NCBI GenBank assembly: GCA_050575255.1
Contig: JBNZDD010013726.1
Coordinates: 310,001 to 374,000, forward strand
Reading direction: 5' to 3'
From: Harriotta raleighana
Lineage: Eukaryota
Length of the DNA stretch: 64,000 bases
Position 1 is the first letter of the stretch. Every line of letters begins with the position of its first letter. A program made the position numbers and the translations under genes. Below are positions 58,901 through 64,000 of the stretch, piece after piece. The notes under the pieces were generated by a model that was not told the origin of the DNA, made no database searches, and was given only the letters and a program-made list of their open reading frames with translations.

Positions 58901-61836
58901 ACACATTTTAATATTTCTCATTTAAAAAAAAGGTTGGAAGGGTCATCTTAAGTTTCAACATCATACCATCTGCCCACCATACCATCACCAAGAAACATGC
59001 AATAATCTTTAATGGTGTCTACTCTGAAATACTGTTTTAAATTAATCTGCTTGTAATCTTTAGCACTTTCCATTAAAAAAAACACACATGTGCTATCAAC
59101 ATCAGAGATAATGTTGATAGACAAGGACCCATATCCACTGCCAAGTGACACCATGAACTAACATATCAGACATGGTTAATCGCAACCTTCTTTGATACAA
59201 GATTCTTTCTCCTTGTGGTCTGGAGGGAACATTACGCAGAGTTGACGTCTGACCCAACAAGCCATAGTAGAGACCCATCTGCATGGAGGACAAAAGAGCT
59301 GGCGGGAGACAAGGGCCAGATTGAACGGTTTTAATGACTCAGCTTGGATGGTAATTCCATCCAAGATGGGGAAGAAGGACACCACATTGCGGAGCCTTGT
59401 CAATGGGAAAGCAGCTGACAGTGGAATATCGGCCTCGAGCCAGTCCTTTACGGCAAACTCCACATTCTGACCTGGGCACTTCCACAGTATTTCAGGGCAC
59501 TGCCTGTGATAGAACAGCCAGCTCATAGGCAGGACCTGGAATGGCATGCCAGTCACTAGGGCAAGAAATCATCCCCCTGTTAACCCAGCAAGCTAAAGTC
59601 CTAATTGGTAGGGTGGTCTTAGCTGGACTAGCAGGAGGAATGTTTGCCAGATAACAATATCAATGGCAAACTATTTTTGGCAGCACCCCAACATACGCTC
59701 TGGGGTCCCTAAGCCTTGGCTCTTGCCAACCTGTGCCTAATGCTTTCCAGGTAAGCAGGATGCATTCCTCCAGGGAGAGCGTGTATTCCATTCCAACAAT
59801 CTATCACTGGAATTTCCATATGTAGGTCGGATGCATGAAAATCTCAATTGGGTTTGGAGACTCTTAAGCAAGATGATGGGTTTCCGTGTTTGTCAGACAA
59901 ATTAAAAAATATACAGAATCTCTCTCTATGCATATTTGCACACACACACAGCTGGAATGGAATGCTCCACAAATGGATTCACTGTTGAATCAGACCAAAC
60001 TCTGTTTTTCCCAAAGTTTTTACAGAACCAATGGTGGGAAGAGTAGAAATGGGCAAGTAGATGGCAATGACTAATACAATACAAATGTCAGACAAAGGAG
60101 TCAGTCCAGCAAATTTTAACTAGCCAAAAACAAGCAGAAACCACTGGATTGAAATAGCATTTAAACAAATGTTACACTTTTTAAAAATAAGTCTATAACT
60201 ATCCTGACTAATAGTCAGAGATGTAAAGGAACTCATAAGAAAGGGATGTGGTTTAAAGTTCTGTACTATTCATTTGCCAGTTCAGTCTGTTTAGTTATTC
60301 CAATAGGATTGGTACAACACCACCAAATATTTGTTTCAATTTGTTCCTATTAATATAGTTTGCAATGTGACTAAAAATTGTTTTAACAGAGATTTTTTTC
60401 AACTTCATTAGCAAATATATATATTAGACATAAAAAATCAAAATCTCCGACATGCGACTGCCTTCTGAGCCCTTATATTAATTTACAATGAACAAAAATT
60501 TCTGTAAGAAATTTTCAGCTACCCTTTCTCCTTTTTCACCTGGCTGACCCATTTCACCTGGATCTCCCTGTGTAGGATAATGGCAGATTAATGGAATAAC
60601 TAGCAAGAGCACTGAAACAGAAATTCTAGAAACATAGAAACTAATATAAACAGTCACATTGGGTTTCTAATACATGTAAATGTTGGAATCAAATGATAAT
60701 ACAGTACTACTCTATTTTGATTGGCTGATGGAAGTTTATAAACCAGGTCAAGCATTGAATTAAAAGCTGTTTTGTAATGGTTTTTCCTCTGAATGAAAGA
60801 CTATTATTACAGAAATTACCTGAAATATAAAATTGCATTTGGGAATCCCACTTTATTCCCTTGAGGGTACAGATCACGAAAACCAGCAACAAAGCAAAAT
60901 ATGAGCAAAAGGCAATACTAACATAATTTATTTTATGGCAGGAAGAGATAAGAATTGCAGAACAGAATTTTGTAATGCAATTTTTTCAACAATTCACTTA
61001 GTTGCTGGAGAATTTAATATTGAGAACTAGCAACAGCTTCCAACTATAATATCTTGTTTAAAGTATCTATACCGCTGCAGGTTCCAGATTGCCAATGATA
61101 TTAAAATTTAATACTTGGACAAGAATAATTGGTTGTGTCTTATTGTTTCCACATTTTTACTACCCTAATTCAGACCATTGATAGAGTGAGTAGAAAATGA
61201 ACATATGAAATTAAAGCAAAACAAGATTAAGCAAGAAAAGATGAGAAGCACCTCCCTATGTTCCTACCTTTTGTCCAATGTTTCCTTTATCTCCCTGTTA
61301 AAATAAATTAAAAAGCCAGAAAAAGAGCAGAGATAAGTCGCTATAAAGTATGAAGACAGAAGCTGACACAATGGGGACGCATGCGAGGTCAACTAACATA
61401 TCATATGTATAGCGCAGAACTTAGGTTATTATTTGAAATCACTATGAAATAGCATTCACACATTGGAACCAACAAACAGCTAGTCTTTTGATGTAACCGT
61501 TCAAGCTATCTTTGCCCTAGAATATGAATTGAGCACCTTGATTATTATTATTATCTTTAAAAACAAACGCTGACCTCATGATTGATTCTATTTTGTTAAA
61601 CAAAGCATTTGGATTTTTTAACAAAGGTGCCATCCTAAATAGCACTCAAAAGGCCTTTTTTTTTTACAAAGCATGTTATGTTTTCCCTAAATTTTTGTTT
61701 AATCTATGTTATTCAAGATTGAACACATTTAGTCTTCAAAACTGAAAAGTCATGCATTATTTCTGCGTTTTACCTTAGGCCCTACAGGTCCAGGAAGGCC
61801 TGTTGGACCAGGCAGCCCTGGCTCACCAAACTCTCC
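28974..61836 (-). CDS. COL13A1: Transmembrane (MACIT) collagen, most like collagen XIII alpha-1; 3' part (COL2, NC3, COL3, NC4), 5'-partial
   Basis: 27 phase-0 exons, mostly Gly-X-Y. NC3 reads [21 protein letters not shown] and the C-terminus [21 protein letters not shown], matching the recalled COL13A1 signature rather than COL23A1 or COL25A1. Confidence 0.82.
32418..32456 (-). CDS. COL13A1: Collagen NC4 exon ([13 protein letters not shown])
   Basis: 39 nt, actcag acceptor, gtaagt donor. Confidence 0.92.
34473..34602 (-). mobile_element. tRNA-SINE 3' half, reverse orientation
   Basis: (aat)n followed by ccttgcatttgatat...gtgaattgactatattttgtggg. Confidence 0.8.
35381..35458 (-). CDS. COL13A1: Collagen alternative penultimate exon B ([26 protein letters not shown])
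   Basis: 78 nt, aaacag acceptor, gtatgg donor. Confidence 0.85.
36130..36216 (-). CDS. COL13A1: Collagen alternative penultimate exon A ([29 protein letters not shown])
   Basis: 87 nt, ttgcag acceptor, gtatgt donor. Confidence 0.92.
37703..37738 (-). CDS. COL13A1: Collagen exon ([12 protein letters not shown])
   Basis: 36 nt Gly-X-Y, AG/GT. Confidence 0.9.
38111..38164 (-). CDS. COL13A1: Collagen exon ([18 protein letters not shown])
   Basis: 54 nt Gly-X-Y, AG/GT. Confidence 0.92.
38388..38491 (+). mobile_element. tRNA-SINE 3' fragment
   Basis: aattcactttacagtatattctgtggagcgctttgagac...caaggattattatt. Confidence 0.8.
38536..38589 (-). CDS. COL13A1: Collagen exon ([18 protein letters not shown])
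   Basis: 54 nt Gly-X-Y, AG/GT. Confidence 0.92.
39509..39544 (-). CDS. COL13A1: Collagen exon ([12 protein letters not shown])
   Basis: 36 nt Gly-X-Y, gtgagt donor. Confidence 0.9.
41209..41262 (-). CDS. COL13A1: Collagen exon ([18 protein letters not shown])
   Basis: 54 nt Gly-X-Y, AG/GT. Confidence 0.92.
41452..41478 (-). CDS. COL13A1: Collagen exon (GLQGLSGAK)
   Basis: 27 nt Gly-X-Y, gtaagt donor. Confidence 0.9.
41884..41934 (-). CDS. COL13A1: Collagen exon ([17 protein letters not shown]), with a triplet imperfection
   Basis: 51 nt, ccgcag acceptor, gtaagt donor. Confidence 0.9.
42330..42700 (+). mobile_element. Degraded CR1 LINE 3' fragment
   Basis: Peptide remnant [25 protein letters not shown]...GSRWHRFR...FRTESKKH typical of the CR1 ORF2 end. 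Confidence 0.7.
43148..43174 (-). CDS. COL13A1: Collagen exon (GDRGEKGDG)
   Basis: 27 nt, AG/GT. Confidence 0.88.
43418..43516 (-). CDS. COL13A1: Collagen exon ([33 protein letters not shown])
   Basis: 99 nt Gly-X-Y, gtaagt donor. Confidence 0.92.
43885..44028 (-). CDS. COL13A1: Collagen exon ([48 protein letters not shown])
   Basis: 144 nt Gly-X-Y, gtgtgt donor in phase 0. Confidence 0.9.
44185..44229 (-). CDS. COL13A1: Collagen exon ([15 protein letters not shown])
   Basis: 45 nt Gly-X-Y, AG/GT. Confidence 0.92.
44529..44564 (-). CDS. COL13A1: Collagen exon ([12 protein letters not shown]), start of COL3
   Basis: 36 nt Gly-X-Y, AG/GT. Confidence 0.92.
46934..46957 (-). CDS. COL13A1: Collagen NC3 micro-exon (EIRTLALV)
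   Basis: 24 nt, tttcag acceptor, gtaact donor; matches the recalled COL13A1 NC3 EIRTLALM. Confidence 0.88.
47120..47383 (+). mobile_element. tRNA-derived SINE, 5'-truncated
   Basis: cttacaagtgagagacctggattgaattccagg...atcaaatgcaaggattattatt. Confidence 0.85.
47696..47773 (-). CDS. COL13A1: Collagen COL2/NC3 exon ([26 protein letters not shown])
   Basis: 78 nt, MACIT DYNGN motif. Confidence 0.93.
48092..48118 (-). CDS. COL13A1: Collagen exon (GDPGQPGPR)
   Basis: 27 nt, tttcag acceptor, gtgagt donor. Confidence 0.9.
48168..48530 (+). mobile_element. L2 LINE 3' end
   Basis: [10 protein letters not shown] remnant, tggaattccatcc, ctcaagacc...ctcttc, and the tail gacatgaaaagcgcta...ttgttgtt. 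Confidence 0.8.
49484..49537 (-). pseudogene. Degenerate 54-nt collagen exon ([17 protein letters not shown]): pseudo-exon or poison exon
   Basis: AG/GT flanks and Gly-X-Y register kept, but the first Gly position is TGA and the fifth is TGT. Confidence 0.75.
49929..49979. repeat. Compound (CA)n/(TA)n microsatellite
   Basis: Directly visible. Confidence 0.95.
49985..50071 (-). CDS. COL13A1: Collagen exon ([29 protein letters not shown]), with an imperfection
   Basis: 87 nt, caatag acceptor, weak gttttt donor. Confidence 0.88.
50598..50642 (-). CDS. COL13A1: Collagen exon ([15 protein letters not shown])
   Basis: 45 nt Gly-X-Y, AG/GT. Confidence 0.92.
52592..52636 (-). CDS. COL13A1: Collagen Arg-rich exon ([15 protein letters not shown])
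   Basis: 45 nt Gly-X-Y, atatag acceptor, gtagga donor. Confidence 0.88.
53390..53810 (-). mobile_element. Degraded L2 LINE fragment
   Basis: aggattttagactc...gggaaccaatggag...gcagtgttttgaataatctgca...aatagtcaagtctaga, an L2 ORF2 antisense pattern. Confidence 0.6.
53870..53905 (-). CDS. COL13A1: Collagen exon ([12 protein letters not shown])
   Basis: 36 nt Gly-X-Y, AG/GT. Confidence 0.9.
54973..55017 (-). CDS. COL13A1: Collagen exon ([15 protein letters not shown])
   Basis: 45 nt Gly-X-Y, AG/GT. Confidence 0.92.
57685..58130 (-). mobile_element. Two tRNA-SINE 3' fragments in reverse orientation (about 57685-57780 and 57985-58130)
   Basis: tctcaaagcgcttcacagaatatattgtgaagtgaattg, and a second diverged copy. 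Confidence 0.7.
60523..60567 (-). CDS. COL13A1: Collagen exon ([15 protein letters not shown])
   Basis: 45 nt Gly-X-Y, AG/GT. Confidence 0.9.
61268..61294 (-). CDS. COL13A1: Collagen exon (GDKGNIGQK)
   Basis: 27 nt Gly-X-Y, AG/GT. Confidence 0.88.
61774..61836 (-). CDS. COL13A1: Collagen exon ([21 protein letters not shown])
   Basis: 63 nt Gly-X-Y, AG/GT. Confidence 0.92.
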
Positions 61837-62631
61837 CTGAGAAACAAAACAACAATAAGATTATAGCAAAGCAGGAGTCAAGGAGTCAGAAACATGCAAA
61901 GTATATCCGGGTAACACACTGCAGTGATGAAAAAAAAAGCAAACAGAATGACAGAACATAAATAAACCAAAACATGAGAGAATAAAAGATTCCTTTTACA
62001 GGAGACATGCAAAATTCCAACAATGTGGCAAAATGTATACTTTTGGGCCATAAGACAAAAGCAATTTGTCTTCTAATTATTCAACCAGCTGTTTTAAAAT
62101 GTAATTACTGTCCGAACTGTATGAAGTTATAAGATGATTGAACAGCAGTTTGCCTGCTTCAGAGTAAAGTAAAATAATCACAACTTTATTCCCAAGAGGG
62201 ACCAGCTATTTGACTGTGAATATGTGAACTGGAATTAGTCCATATATCTGTTTTGATTGGGATTTATTATGTGAGTCCCATTACCAGTAGTATTTTTGGA
62301 AAGATCTCTGTAAAGATTGAAATGCTAGACATTGAATCTGGCAAGCCAGAAATCCATCATCACCCTTGTACATACAGAGTATGCAGGCAGCATGGCAGCA
62401 AAGAGAAAAGAAATTGAGAACAGCAAATCTAGTATTCCTCTTCCAGAAGTAGCAGTGTGCTCGTGTGTCTACTTTATTCAGTGATAATCCCACTACAAAT
62501 TGATCAAATTAGCTCTTTACTGACTGGGTGGCTTTGGCAGTCTATTAACATTTTGATGCAAGTAGCAATAAAGTACTGTACACGAGAATATCAATGAAGG
62601 GCATAAAGATGCATCAAATCAAAGTAGAATA

Positions 62632-63030
62632 AATAATCCTTGCACTTGATATGGTGCTTGTACCATCAAAAAATGGTCTTAAAATACTTCATAGGTAATT
62701 GGAAATAATTGGCAGCCAATCTGCTCACAAGTCATGCCAACAAACCGCTGTAAAATGAAGGTTTAATTTATCTGGACAACATATATTGTTGCCTGGGATA
62801 CTGAGGGAAACTCTTCTTTTTTGAGCATTATAACACCTTTAATGCTCACCTGAACTTGTAGATGGGACACTGGTTTAACATTTCATCCAAAGGCCAGCAC
62901 CTCCACAATCCAGAACTCAGGTATTGAGTGTCAGCCTAGATTGTGACGTCAAAGTGCCATAATGGGTATTGAATTTACATTTTTTTGACCCAGAACTAAG
63001 ATTGCAACTAACTGAGTTAGGCTGACACTG
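62632..63030 (-). mobile_element. Deu-domain SINE (AmnSINE1/SacSINE1-like), near full length
   Basis: ggtttaacatttcatccaaagg...cagcacctcc...gagtgtcagcctagatt...aactgagttaggctgacac matches the recalled consensus; L2-type tail at the 62632 end. Confidence 0.65.
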
Positions 63031-64000
63031 GAGAAATAACAACTGTGTGGCATAGTAACATACTTTGGATCAGCAAATAGCTATTATATGGTATTCAAGA
63101 ACTCTAGGTGCAGTGACAATGAACCTAAGAATATAATTTTTTATCACAGGGTTTGGTTGACAGCAAAAATAAAGTTGCTGGGTATTGTTACCTATTCTCT
63201 GGGTTAAAATACTGTCGTTAAATTACTTTCAAGCTTTCAGGTAAAAACAAATGTTAATTTTTAACCATGCATTTTCAGTCCTCGCTTTTGTGGTCAACAT
63301 TAATATCCACACTCCATTTAGTTGGATCACGATGATATCATCACTAAATATTAAGGTACACTTACAACAAGGTTTAAGAATTGAATGTGTTGTGGACTAT
63401 TGGGAAATTACATCAATTCTACAGGTGATAAAAGATCTAAAATATATACGGTCCTCTATTCCCTAGCAACATGCAATGAAATAAATAAGTCAGTGCAGTT
63501 CCTTTGATATCAAGGACTTCAGAGAGAAAAAGATGAGTGGTCCACAGCTGGATGGTTTATAAGACAGGCAGATGAATGTTGAAATTTATTGCCTGTGGCA
63601 GGAAATGTATAAACACTTCTTTTTCCAACTACAAGGTCAGGCACACACCACTTCAGGTTTACTCTTCAATACATTAAGTACTAAATTATGGATTATTTAT
63701 TATTGTAAAAGGAGAATTTAAAACAGTCATATGATCTAGCACACGCTGTTAAAAGATGTCCAATGAGATTATGCACTTCTATTTACGTTAGTATAATGTT
63801 CTACACATTTGCCTTCTGACCTCACCAGCCCAATTGTTTCCAGTTGGACAAATAGGGCTTGGGTATAAGGTTTTCAATATGATTCTAACATAAATGGATG
63901 CAAAGGAGTGCAACTCTCTCAAGTCTGTTGAAACATTTAAGCATTCATTGTTAAGAAACAGAACTAATTTCAAATTCTTCACTTTTCTTCTCAGAAACGG

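Noticed and set aside
28974-61836. Whole collagen gene being a pseudogene because of the TGA at 49535-49537
   Set aside because: All other exons are intact with conserved Gly positions and splice sites, and the affected exon can be skipped in frame.
62347-62364. Possible collagen micro-exon GDDGFL after an AG
   Set aside because: There is no GT donor in phase (the following bases are gcttgc) and the Gly-X-Y pattern stops after two triplets.
63826-63884. Possible non-collagenous (NC2) exon flanked by ttag and gtgagg
   Set aside because: At 59 nt it is not a multiple of 3 in a gene made of phase-0 exons, and the peptide is unrecognisable.

Overview
AT-rich eukaryotic (vertebrate) genomic DNA. 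The repeat content (tRNA-derived SINE with an L2-type tail, Deu-domain SINEs, CR1 and L2 fragments) suggests a cartilaginous fish such as a chimaera; this is inference. The window holds two multi-exon genes, both on the minus strand. (1) A cGMP-dependent protein kinase type II-like gene (PRKG2 family): 17 coding exons traced from the start codon (18229) to 228, all GT-AG and in frame (2175 nt, 725 codons); the last exon lies beyond the window. (2) The 3' part of a transmembrane (MACIT) collagen, most like COL13A1: 27 phase-0 exons from 61836 down to a stop-only terminal exon at 28976; the 5' part lies beyond the window. Most ORFs in the supplied track are intronic noise. The more interesting observations are a decayed or poison collagen exon starting with TGA, a duplicated and probably mutually exclusive penultimate exon pair with downstream RBFOX motifs, an Arg-rich collagen exon with an RGRR furin-type motif, an in-frame upstream ATG that could switch off kinase myristoylation, a perfect 163-bp direct repeat bracketing a kinase exon, and the possibility that the kinase is a PRKG2 paralogue absent from mammals. 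I found no prokaryote-type system (CRISPR, operon, IS) and no convincingly novel protein-coding system.
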